A stretch of 64,000 bases of DNA from Selaginella moellendorffii (Eukaryota; Plantae; Lycopodiophyta): the NCBI RefSeq assembly GCF_000143415.4, contig NW_003314350.1:717060-781059 (forward strand). Direction: 5' to 3'. This document shows, piece by piece, positions 11,864 through 24,085 of the stretch. Made by a program: the position numbers and the translations under genes. Positions within the stretch are counted from its first letter, which is position 1, and every line of letters begins with the position of its first letter. Under the pieces are notes generated by a model that searched no databases, was not told the DNA's origin, and saw only the letters and a list, made by a program, of their open reading frames with translations.

Positions 11864-13610
11864 ATGTCGAGGGCTAGAACGGATTCCAAGCTCTTTAGAA
11901 GCACCGGGAGCGTAGGAAAGCCAGGGAGGAAACCAGCGGTGGGAGGGTCGCCTGTGGCAGCGGCCGCGGCGTCCTCCATCCCGGTCAAGGAGTCGCCAGA
12001 TTCCAGCCAGCAGGTGGATCCGGATTTGACGAGAGCGCTCAAGCAGATCTTCGAGGTGAGGAACTGCAAGCTCAAAGATCACGGCAGCAGCCACAACAAT
12101 AACAGTAACAGCAGTAGCAAGAACAGTAGCGAGGAATCGTGCCTGACTTTATTTGGGAGGAAGCTGGCCTCGCCGTCGTCCAGTCTGGATGGATCCGACG
12201 GGAACACGAAGAATGTGGCAAATCAGTACTCGCGGCAAGGGACGGACAAGCTTCCTCCTGCTGCCACGGCTCATCTTCTCAAGGAGCTCCACAAGCAAAG
12301 GCTCAAACAAAGGGGTAAGTTTTTCATAGCAGTGAAAAGTATATCTAAACGATTTTTCGGTTTGGATTTCTTAGGAATCACTGCCTCGGCCAACGATTTC
12401 CCAGACATGGGCGAGATTGAGTTCGTCCACACTGAGAGAAGACCGGAAGTGTCGACGCTACCACTTCTCAACAATTTACAGGAGAAGAGACCTCTGGTAA
12501 GTTTTTGTGACTTGGATCGACGAGGAGACGAAGACTCATGGGTTGTTTTTCAGGAAAATGCCTCGGATTGCAGCCCTGAAGCAAAGAGGCAGCGGATCGA
12601 GAAGGATAAAAGCCTGGATCTGAGTCTTTCGGTGGAGTTTGGTTCACCAGATGAAGCAGCTCGAGATTCGAACAATACCCAAAGCATGGACATTGCTGCT
12701 GAGGAGGAGAGGTAAGACTTTTGAGGAAATTTCTTCTTTTTGTTAGGCAGTCGTGACTGAAGCTTGTTTGCTCTCTCAGGACACATGCAACCGTGAAGGA
12801 TCCGGAGCAGCTCACACTCTTCTACAATGGCCAAGTCCTCGTGTACGACGACGTTCCATCCGATAAGGTGGGTTCCTTTGTGCCTTTTGCTATCGTGGAA
12901 CTGTGTATTAACCCTTCGGTTTTTGCTCTTCAGGCTAAAGCGATCATGGTGTTGGCTAGTAGCATCAGCTCAAAGACATCATGCTATACTCCTTGCCTTG
13001 CTGCGGCTACTGCCGCTGCGGCGAAGGCTACCGGTGCTGCTACTGCTCCGCCTATCGTAGTTCCAACCACGGCAAAAGCATCTAACTCGTTGTACCCATC
13101 ACCAAAGGGCACCACTCCAGCGGCAGACAAACGCTCATCGTCAAACGGTAAGCCCGTGCTTTTTGACTCCCACGCATCCGAGCTGACCTCGATCCTCCTC
13201 GCGTTACAGACGTCCAAGCAAGGAAGGCATCCATTAGCAGATTCCTGGTCAAGAGAAAAGACAGGTGTGTATCTCACCACCATCTCGCCAAGACCGAGGA
13301 TCAAACTCGGTGTTTATGTGTGACTTAACTGACGCTTTCTGTTGTGCTTTCCAGGCTGTCTGCCAAGCCAGCCGAGAAGGCCGAGGCGTCGTCAAAGTCG
13401 TCCGCGAAAGACATATCGCAGCGCTCGAGAAGCCCGTCACCGGCAGCGTCGAGCAGTCCCGTGACGCCCCCCAGGGCCTCGCCTCCCAGGCTCGTCGACG
13501 AGCTCAAGCTCCAGCTAGAAAAGGGGGAGATGCTCAAGAGATCCATCCCGGCAAATGCTGGATCAGCAACAGCAGCAGCAGCAGCACCGAGGCAGTGGAT
13601 TGGTGTGTAG
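11864..13610 (+). CDS. JAZ: TIFY/JAZ family repressor (ZIM + Jas, with EAR motif), multi-exon
   Basis: QLTLFYNGQVLVYDDVPSDKAKAIMVLAS (TIFY); spliced Jas DVQARKASISRFLVKRKDR|LSAK with the Jas intron; LDLSL EAR motif. Confidence 0.9.
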
Positions 13611-16600
13611 AGGCGGTGGAGATGATTCGCAGTGCCAAGTTTTAAAGGTTTTGGACTGTGGAAGGCAGCAGCAGCAAGCTAAGAACAGGCCAAACTCAGA
13701 CACACACACACACAGACACTCTCCTCTTTACCAAGTGAGAAAACAAAGAGAGTATAGCTTATATTTGATACTTATAACTCTTCTCTTCCAAAATTCTTGT
13801 GTATTTCTCTCTCTTTCTCTAGTTTTTTTCTCATCTGGACAGCATATTCGCTTGATGGATGGACGGATGGATGGAAGGTTGATCACAAACAATGCCCTCG
13901 GAAAGATTGTGGAGGGTTGCTTTGTATAGAACAGACAAAAGCAAAGAAAAATTCTTTGATTAAAACTCTTTGAACGTTCTTCCAAGCTTCTAAAAAATGG
14001 GTTGTTTGGCGATCGCTCTCTGTGGATTTGAATAGATCATTCGCAGCACGAGATGTTTGAATGTTTGAAAGTTTGACACTGGGCTGGCTGGTGCTCGCTG
14101 CTTCCAGCGCGTGCGCTGGTCCTACCATTCCAGACTACTAAGAATTTCTAAGGCTGTGTCCCAAAAAGGCACATTTAGACCGGCGCTTTCTCTGAGGGGG
14201 CGGGGGTGGACAAAAGTAGAGGCGTGAGTGCATGGAAGCTTCGAGGTTTGGTTGCCTAAAGTTGAGTCGCCACACTAGGAGTCAGTGTTTTGTGTTGCGC
14301 CAAGAGGAAGGAGAAGAGAAGAAGATTGGGTTTGAGTGGCCCACTCACACTACAACATGCACATACTCTTTCTTGCTATTGGTCCACCACCAAATTTTAC
14401 ACTTCTCTGCAAACATCAGGTATATAACTATGTTGTTTAATTTTATTAACAAGGAAAGATATTTGATTATACTAACCAAGATATATAAAAATATCATAAT
14501 ATTTCCAATCTCAGAAATATCAAGTTCTTCTTCTGAAGATATTTTGCAAGAACTGCAGAGCAAAGTAATAAATTTTATTAAAACAAAACTAAATGATCTG
14601 ACTAATATTTGAGTTCATATTGCATTATTTCTCAAATTCTTGACATTAAATATTCAACAATTATATATTTTAGCTTACAACTAATTCTTCATTTTGCACT
14701 TTTACCAAATAAATGTGATTGTAAAGCAAAAGAAAATTAGTTCAAATACTAAAAATTAACTCTTAAACTATTCTTATTTAGGCTCAAAAATAATATTTAC
14801 TCCAGAATCTTTCTACTTCTAGAGAATACTTAAGTTAATAATTTTTATATTATTTTGAAATTAAATTTTTTATTTGTAAGAAAATTGTACACTGTATATA
14901 AAAGTGAGGTATAATTTCCTTAATTCCTTACTTAGAAAAACTAAGAAGCAAAATATAAAAACTAATTAGATATCATTTCTTACTTAATATAATTAAAAAT
15001 TATAATTAGATTTATGAGTGCTTGGGATATAGGAATAAGTATGTTAGTGAACTCTACTTATATACAATGATGGATGGACCAAATTCAGTCACAAATGAAT
15101 AATTTATATACTATAATACTATAATTAATATATTATCTAGCTAGGGTAACATATATGTGTGTGTGTGTCTATATATATATATATATATAAACCTTATTTA
15201 TGTATTATGTATTTACAAACCTTACATCATTCTCCCCTCTAGAAGATGAAAAGGTGATGATAATAATTCAAGTAGAAAATCTAAAATTTTTACTAAGTGA
15301 TTATAAATTACCACAAGAATTTGAAGTTCCCACAAAACTATTAACAAAGTTGTTGATAACCATGACTGAAATAAAACCCCAAAACCATGGTATAAATATC
15401 AGTCGATTACAGAATTCTAATGAACCAATTGCAACTCCAATTGCAACTCCCAAATGCTCAAATTAACCATGTAATCATAACTTTGAATTGATGTAAGAGA
15501 CTTTGAGAGCCATTATAATCTATAGAACACTATTAAAGCAAATAATACATCACATTATTAAGTTTGTCTATCGACAATCCTCCAAAACCACCATTAATTT
15601 AGACTTAGGACTATAAGTAAAACCATTGTCCTTATCCAATACTACATATAAGAAGTTAAACTCACTCTATTTATCTTCCACATCTTTTTTATCCTCTTAT
15701 CAAAAGAAAAAAAGTTCTAAAGCACTAATTCCATTTGGACTTGTTGTGCTTATCCTCACTCCACAATCTATATCATTTGTCCTTGCTCTAGTACCATATT
15801 CACTTATCCTCACTCTATTGTTAGGGTTAGACTTCTATCCATCCCTTTTACCCCCTTCTCCAAACAAAAAAAAGTTTAAAATGTTGGGGCAAAAAGAAGA
15901 AAATGAAAAAAAATTTGAGGAAAAACAATTGTGGAAAAAGAAAAAGTGGATAAAGAAGCATCGAAAGAAGAATTTACAATAGCTAACAATGTAAAAATAA
16001 GGAAATCAAAAGAAGAACATATGCTCAAAACTTGGAAAATAAGCGACTTCCTATCCAAATACCATAATATAAGCAAAAGATTCACACTTTTCAACCTTTT
16101 TAATATATAATTTAACATTTGAAATATGAAAACTAATAGAAATGTCCACACTCTTAATAAAACATATAAACTCCTTTGCACCAATGATAAAATGAAGGCT
16201 CTGAGTGATACTCACAATTAAAGACATGTAGTTAACTTAAATCTTTGGCCAAAGTGATCCAATCCTTGGAATAGGGGATACTCAACATCAAAATTGATCA
16301 AAGTTTTCATTAATAAAAAAAAAGCAAAATTCTCAACTTCATGCACATACTTAACATCCAGATTAATATGAGGACATAACACTCAACTCAACATTGGATT
16401 GAGAATGAAAATCATAAGGGTCATAAATGATTGATGTGCTAAGAGAAGAAAATATTGCAAATGAGGAAAAAATACTAAAAACATGAGAAGGTGGCTCAAG
16501 TCGAGAAATAAAATTAAAAATTAAAAAATAGCAGATTATAATCAAGCTTATCATCACAATCCAAAATCCATTTGAGCTCGTACACATTGTTTTCCCATAA

Positions 16601-17422
16601 ATTCAATCCTTAAACATTTTCCAAGAACTAGATTGCATCATTCATAGTTCGCTAATCAACGTCATCATCACGCTTCACATCAATGGGAGATAGTAGAACA
16701 CCAAGAAGAGAACAATTATATAATCATGTCTTATGGAAGTTGGAAACAACAACACACTAAGGATAGGTATAATACTAACATGAGCACACCCCACAACACC
16801 AAAAGTTCAATCCAATGGAGTAGCATTAATAACTTCAAGTGATATACTCCTTGATTGATGACTATATGGCATGATAGAAAAAGAGAATGTAATGAAAATC
16901 AAAAGAAAGAGTAGAGATAGCTAAAGTTCTAGATCTTACTATCAGGAATCCCCCAATTCTTGCCACATTCCTGACTCTCGCCGGATTCCTGACCTGCAGA
17001 CCACATTCTTGACTTTCGAGACACTTCCCTATTCCTAACTCTCGAGACACTTCCCTATTCCTGACTCTCGAGACACTTCCCGATTCCTGAGTCTCGAGCC
17101 ACATTCCTGATGATGATGTGGCGCCTCCTTAACCTCAGCTATATTTAGGCCGTCCTCGATCTAAGAGTGGTGGAGCTTCATCAACCTATAATATATATAG
17201 GTTAGCCTTGTTCCATTTCTCCACAATCTGAATCAACACCAGTCTAAGGCCTCTTCTTTGTTTCCACTAGCTTTTCTCTTTGTCTTTAGCATTTTCTAGT
17301 CTTGATCTTGTTGGGGGTCTTGACAGTTTGATTCAGATTGTGGTTTTTGCTTTTCTTTTAGCTCGTTTTGATTATTTGATTGCTTTTGTCTTTTTCCCCC
17401 TTTCTTTTCTTTCTTTTTGCCA

Positions 17423-18394
17423 ATGGAGTCTCCAAGCCATCCTGATTTCTTTGCTGAAGTCCTTGCAAAAATCCAGTCTGAGAATACCGAGCTGAAGGCG
17501 ACCCTTCTTCGCATGCAGCAGGAGCTTGCTTCACTTTTGGCTCAAGGATCCAGCAAAGTTCCTGAACCGAAGGTGAGTTTCCCGGCGAAATTTTCAGGCA
17601 AGCGTTCGGAGCTTCGTGGATTTTTGAACCAAATGGAGCTGATCTTTGCACTTCAACATCGGCAGTACCCCACTCCCGAGTCTCAAATTGGCGCGATTGG
17701 GACATTGCTCGAGGGTGTAGTTTTTTCATGGTTTTCTCCTCTTCTGGAGAAGAGCATGAAAGGGGTCGTGGTTCCGGAGCTGATGGATCTTCAAATGTTC
17801 AAAGAGAAGCTCGAAGCATGTTTTGGCGAGACGGATCGGGTTTGGGCTGCTACCACAAAGATGAGACGTCTCTCTCAGGGGTCTCGTCCTGCCTCGATCT
17901 ACGCTGCAGAGTTCCAACTCCTTGCCTTGGACACTCAGTGGGATGAGTGGGCCCTGATTGACTAATTTCGTTTCGGCCTCAACAATGGTGTCAAGGATTT
18001 GTTGCTCACCATGGAGGATCCCAAGGACCTGTCGGACGCCATCAACAAAGCTGTTCGATGTGACAATCGTCTCTTTGAACGTCGTCAGGAAAGTCGCCGC
18101 GCCGCTGTTTTTCCGTCCCAGACTCAGGAATCCCAGCTTGAGTCTTTGGGGCATAGTCCTGAACCTACTGCTCCGGTCCCGATGGATATTTCTGGTACTC
18201 CCCGACTCATTAGAGGGAAGTTGAGTCCTGCTGAGAGGCAACGTCGAATATCTCATAATCTTTGCCTCTACTGTGCTGATCCTAATCACAAAGCAGCTGT
18301 GTGTCCCAGGAAGCCTCCCCGATTGCTTGAGTTCACTCTGCCTCAAAGTCCACCTCTGTTGCAGTCGGGAAACGACCCTGTCCAAACAGAGTAG
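17423..18394 (+). pseudogene. gag: Retrotransposon gag with CCHC zinc knuckle and one internal stop
   Basis: PAKFSGKRSELRGFLNQ..; CLYCADPNHKAAVC; TAA at 17963. Confidence 0.9.
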
Positions 18395-21300
18395 GAGCTG
18401 TCTGTTTGGACTCCCCAAATAAAAATCACTTTTCTTCCTTATCAAGCTCCTCACCACCTTTCATCAAAGCCACCACCAATTCCCGCAACTTCTGCGTCCC
18501 ATGTCTCCTTTCTTTCACCGGACAATCAGGACTCAAGGCTTTGGCGCTACTGGACTCGGGTGCAACTTCTTGCTTCATGGACACGGACTTTGCTGCCCGA
18601 CATCACGTTCCTCTTTCTCCTACCATACGGGATTTGAGGGTTGAAGGCATCGGCGGGCATTTTGTGTCTCCATCTTCTGGACTTAGGGAAACGTTGCCCA
18701 TTCGAGTACACATTCGGTCCACTGTCACCGATATCGCCTTCAACATCATCAACAGCAAGTCCTCCTCTGTGGTGCTCGGTCTTCCTTGTTTCCAACTACA
18801 TCAGCCTCAGATCTGTTGGAAGGAATTACAGCTCATCTCTCCCACGGCTTCCCCTGCTATTCATCGAGTCCGAATCAGGAAAAGTTCCCTAAACTCGAAT
18901 CAGGGTTCTATTCCTGACTCTATAAAGTTTTCACCCTCTTCTTTTTCCTCTCTTCCATCTTACACTGGACCATATCCTCGTCTCATCATTCCATTTAGTC
19001 GTACACCTCCTCCTATCTCCACAATCACTATGAAAGAACTCCTTCATGAAGAACCTCTTTTTTTTTTTGCTTTGCATGTTTCTCCTGTCAGTCTTCCTGA
19101 GAAGTATCATGATTTTGGGGATGTGTTTGACAAGAAAAAAGCTAGTGTACTGCCTGTTCATTGGCCTTATGATTGTCCCATTGATTTACAGGAAGGAGCG
19201 TCACCTCCGTGGGGGCCTATCTACGGGTTATCCCTGTTTGAGCTTAAGGCCCTCAAAGAGTACGTGGATGAGAACCTTGCCTCAGGCTACATTCAGCATT
19301 CGCAGTCCCCGGCTGGAGCGCCTGTCTTCTTTGTCAAGAAGAAGGATGGGAGCTTGCGACTAGTCATCGACTACCGAGGTTTGAACAAGGTGACTGTTCG
19401 GAACCGTTATCCGCTGCCCCTGATCTCGCACCTGTTGGAACGCCTCGGCGGTGCCCGCTTCTTCACCAAGATCGACCTCCGTGGAGCATACAACCTGATT
19501 CGGATCCGGCCTGGTGATGAATGGAAGACTGCGTTTTGAACCCGCTATGGCCACTTCGAGTACACTGTCATGCCATTTGGCTTGACAAATGCTCCAACAG
19601 TTTTCCAACACATGGCGAATGACGTCTTTCGGGAGTTTCTTGATCAGATGGTGATCGTCTACCTCGATGACATCCTCATCTACTCAAAAACTCAGGAGGA
19701 GCATGACGAACATGTACGCAAGGTGCTCGCGAAGCTGCGAGAACACGGCCTTTACGCGAAGCTTGAGAAATGTTCCTTTGATCAGCAGTCTGTGGAGTTC
19801 CTTGGGTACATTGTCACTCCTGAAGGTATCACGATGGATCCTGCCAAAGTCAAGACTATTCTCGAATGGGAGCCTCCACAATCAATGTCAGATGTTCAGG
19901 TTTTCCTTGGCTTCGCCAACTTCTACTGCAAATTCATTGATCACTACTCTGACATTGTCCTTCCTCTCACACATCTCACTCGCAAGGATGTTCCCTTCTC
20001 TTGGTCTGCTGCTGCCTAGCAGGCTTTCGACACACTCAAGGCGGCCTTCAGTTCTGCTCCTGTCTTGATCCATGCTGATTCCTCACAACCTTTCTTCATC
20101 GAGGCTAATGCCTCCGACTTTGCCATTGGTGCTGTGCTGTCTCAACTCAGAGCGGATCACGAACTTCATCCGGTCGCTTTCCATTCTTGGAAGTTCCAGC
20201 CTACGGAGATCAATTACGAAATCCACGACAAGGAGCTCCTTGCCATCGTGGATTCCTTTGGAGAGTGGCGCTGTTTCTTGGAGGGGGCGAGCCATCAAAC
20301 AACAGTCTGGACGGATCACAAAAATCTTGAGTACTTTGCCACTTCCCGAGTTTTAAGCCGTCGTCAAGCAAGGTGGGCACAATTCCTGAATCGGTTTGAC
20401 TTTGTTATCAAGTACAGACCTGGAAAGTTTCAAGGCCTTCCTGATGCTCTTTCAAGGCGCTCCTATCTCAGTCTCAGGCCTGGTAATCCTGCCTTCGATC
20501 AACAAGATCAAGTTATCCTCGGTCCTGATCGGCTTCAAGTTATGGCAATTTCCCTGGCCCCTCAGGACTCCTCCTTGATGGATGCAATCAGAAACGATCT
20601 TCAATCTGATGATCTCGCTAGCGACATTTTCCCCCATCTTCAGGCTGGACACCCAGTGACTCCCGATTGCCGGCGATTTGACGAGTTCGAGTTCTTAGAT
20701 GGCTTATTGTACCGTGGGGAGCAGCTTTACGTTCCTGAAGGTGATGCTCGAAGGTTGGTCCTGATGGCGTGCTACGATAGCCCGACTGCTGGTCACTTTG
20801 GCATTGCGAAAACCTATGAGCTAGTTGCACGGGACTTTTGGTGGCCTCACATGGACGACTACATCAAAGCTTTTGTTACCTCCTGTGACACTTGTGCCCA
20901 GAATAAGGTACCTCGCCACCTTCCTTTAGGTTTGCTTCGTTCCCTTCCGGTCCCTTCAGGTCCTTGGGAATCCATCTCCATGGATTTCTTGAGTGATCTT
21001 CCGAGTTCTTGAGGCTTCAACAACATTTTAGTCGTGGTGGATCGCTTCACAAAGATGGCGCACTTCTTGCCATGTACCAAGGAGTTTTCGGGCGAGGATA
21101 TGGCAAAACTGGTATTCAGGGAAATTTTCCGACTTCATGGGATTCCTACAGATGTGGTTTCGGATTGAGGGCCTCAGTTCATCTCTCATTTCTGGCAACG
21201 GTTTTTGCAGCTGCTTGGAGTGAAGGCCAACCTCTCTTCGGCATATCATCCTCAAACTGATGGGCAGTCCGAGCGAACGATTCAGACGTTGGAACAATTC

Positions 21301-22125
21301 TTGAGGTGCTTCATCAACTATCATCAGGATAACTGGTTCGATATCCTTCCCCTTGCTGAGTTCTCCTATAACAACTCTGTTCACTCCTCTCTTCGAGTTT
21401 CCCCCTTCTTTGCGAACTCTGGCCGAAATCCCCGATTCAATCTCTCACTTCCTTCTCCATCTGAATCCTCTCGTTCAAATCCCCGCTCTGAATCATTTAT
21501 CTCCAACCTCCAAGAAATCCACAACTCCATCTCCTTCCACCTCCATCATGCTCAGGAATCTCATAAAACATTTGCCAATGTCCATCATCAGGATTGTCCC
21601 CCTTACAATATCGGGGATAAAGTCTGGCTCCTCAGGCGAAATATCTCCACCACCAGGCCCTGTCCAAAACTCGATTTCAAACGCCTTGGTCCTTTCCCTA
21701 TCACTGCCATCATTAATCCTGTCACTTATCGCCTTGCACTTCCCTCCTCATATCAAATTCACCCCATTTTTCACTCCTCTCTCCTTGAGCCTTATATTCC
21801 CAGTCCTATTCCAAATCGGGTCATTCCTCCGCCTCCACCAGTGCAGCTCGAGGATGGGTCTGAGTACGAGGTTCAGGACATCCTTGATTCCAAGATTTCA
21901 CGGTCTAAACTCTACTATCTGGTGAACTGGAAGGGTTACGGACCTGAGGAACGCACTTGGGAACCTGTGGACAACCTGATTCATTCTCCTGACCTTGTTC
22001 AGGACTTCCACCGCCGCTATCCTTCTCATCCCAGTCCTCATTCTTTTTCTCCATCTCCCATCCCTCGCCACTCATCTCATCCTCCTCTTCGTTCTCGTTC
22101 ACATCCTCGTTCCACTCGTTCTTGA
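18367..22125 (+). pseudogene. pol: Retrotransposon pol (PR, RT, RNase H, integrase, chromodomain) with four in-frame stops
   Basis: LLDSGAT, YLDD, ASDFAIGAVL, HPQTDGQSER, EYEVQDILDS..YLVNWKGYGPEERTWEP; stops near 19537, 20017, 21010 and 21166. Confidence 0.93.
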
Positions 22126-23631
22126 GGAGGGGGTGCTGTTAGGAATCCCCCAATTCTTGCCACATTCCTGACTCTCGCCGGATTCCTAACCTGCAAACCA
22201 CATTCCTGACTCTCGAGACACTTCCCTATTCCTAACTCTCGAGACACTTCCCTATTCCTGACTCTCGAGACACTTCCCGATTCCTGAGTCTTGGATGTGG
22301 CGCCTCCTCAACCTCAGCTATATTTAGGCCGTCCTCGATCCAAGAGTGGTGGAGCTTCATCAACCTATAGTATATATAGGTTAGCCTTGTTCCATTTCTC
22401 CACAATCTGAATCAACACCAGTCTAAGGCCTCTTCTTTGTTTCCACTAGCTTTTCTCTTTGTCTTTAGCATTTTCTAGTCTTGATCTTGTTGGGGGTCTT
22501 GACACTTACAAAAAACTATTATATATTTAGATCTGAAAAAGAATGAAGAAATAAAAACAAAAAACACAATCTCGAACACTAGAGCAAAACACTACAAAAA
22601 AACTTTGCCTTTTAGGGACAAATTGCAATGCCCCTCAACTCCACAACTATGAGTGCTCAAGATATAAGAATAGGCATATTAATTGTGGTTTAGATCCTTG
22701 AATAAATGGATTATATTCAGTCCTAAATTGATGGTCCATATGCTATAGTACTATAATTAGTGTATTACTTAATTAGAGTAATACATATACATACATATGT
22801 ATATTTACAAACCTTACAGATTCAAGTATAAAATATTATAAATTGGTGATATTGTGTTGCTTTACTATTTCATGTAAAATAAAAAGAGGTAATAACACAA
22901 ATATATCTTTTTAATTATGCCTGCACTATATTTTGTTACCTTTATAATAATTACAACCATCTAAAAATAAAAAGTGTTATGAATATCAAATTACAAATTT
23001 AAATAGTTACAATTTAAGTTCCTAATTTTGACCAAGCTTTAATTTTATTGTTTTCTCTCTAAAGGCTTTATATATAATATGCAACCTAAAAAATATCATT
23101 ATTTCAAATTTTTATTATGTGGTATACCACATCATATATAATTAAATATATTACTTGCTTTAAAGAGTAAGTTAAAGGTTATATATATACTTGTTAACTG
23201 CGATACCATATTTGTGCTTAACTTAAAATATATATATTTGCACAAGAAAAAAATATTAAATGACAATAATTAAAATTTCAAAAAATAAAAATGATTTATA
23301 AAATTTAAAATTTAAAATAAAATTTTAAATATTCTATTAAAGTATTTTTAAGAAGAAAAAACTAATTTTAACACTACTCTAAATTTGTATGTTGTTACTC
23401 CTAACAAAATAATCTTTATTATTTCAATTTGTGTGTTTGTAGTTATTCTTAACTTTTAATTTTCTTGCATTAAATGGAAAATTTTTAAGTAAATATATTT
23501 TCCTTATTTTTAAAAAGTTAAACAAAATTAAATTTTAAATCATGTTAAAAACTTTACCCTAACAAACTGAACTTTATGGACGAGTGAGTCCAGTAAAAAA
23601 TGTGGCTTACCCTTGTCTTGTCCTCTCACAG

Positions 23632-24041
23632 GATCTAGTTGACGAGATTTTCAAGAGCGTTTGGGAGAAGGAGCCAGGGTTTGCTCTTCCTCTCTCTCTC
23701 TTTTGTCTGAGCTCCACAACAGATGTTGCCAAGGCGGATGAATCCAACGTAGGCGCAACCTTGAAAAGAACCAAGTCTACCACTGGTGAGCAAAGCAAGA
23801 TCATAGAGAAATGCGGCCAGTTTCGTTTCCGTTTTGCAGCAAATGCGAATGCTCTGTGAGCTGCTCAAGCTCTTCGTCAGAGGTCGGGTGTTTCAAAGAA
23901 GGAACTAGAACCAAAACTTCTGGGCTGATTGATGCAGAGGCAGTCGGGCGAGCGGGAATCATTGCAGAGGCCGAGGGAAAGGATCACATCGAAGCAACAC
24001 ATTTCGAAAGAATGCTACCGCAGTTTTTGCTGGACTTCTAG
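23632..24041 (+). pseudogene. MHF2: CENP-X/MHF2 (FAAP10) pseudogene or damaged copy
   Basis: DLVDEIFKSVW..ANANAL / CELLKLFVRE|AVGRAGIIAEAEG..IEATHFERMLPQFLLDF*; frameshifting deletion near 23855; no in-frame first exon found. Confidence 0.8.
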
Positions 24042-24085
24042 CTAGAGACGAAGATGGTGCTCGCGGGAAGAACTCTAGCAGCGGT

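Larger units (their letters stand above)
16940..22504 (+). mobile_element. Ty3/gypsy chromovirus (Tcn1-like), full length but inactivated; LTRs 16940-17325 and 22137-22504, TSD CTTAC
   Basis: Paired LTRs ending TGACA, 5-bp TSD, PPT GAGGAGGGGG, domain order gag-PR-RT-RH-INT-chromodomain. Confidence 0.96.
15013..22818 (-). mobile_element. Old, probably non-autonomous LTR element; LTRs 15013-15226 and 22648-22818, 4-bp TSD GATT; hosts the nested gypsy element
   Basis: Direct repeats tatgagtgct...acaaaccttaca; minus-strand PPT AGAGGGGAGAATGA at about 15227-15240; the paralogous site near 30010 lacks the insertion. Confidence 0.75.

Noticed and set aside
16960-17110. CRISPR-like 26-bp repeats
   Set aside because: Contiguous tandem units with no unique spacers, present in both LTRs; ordinary U3 repeats in a eukaryote
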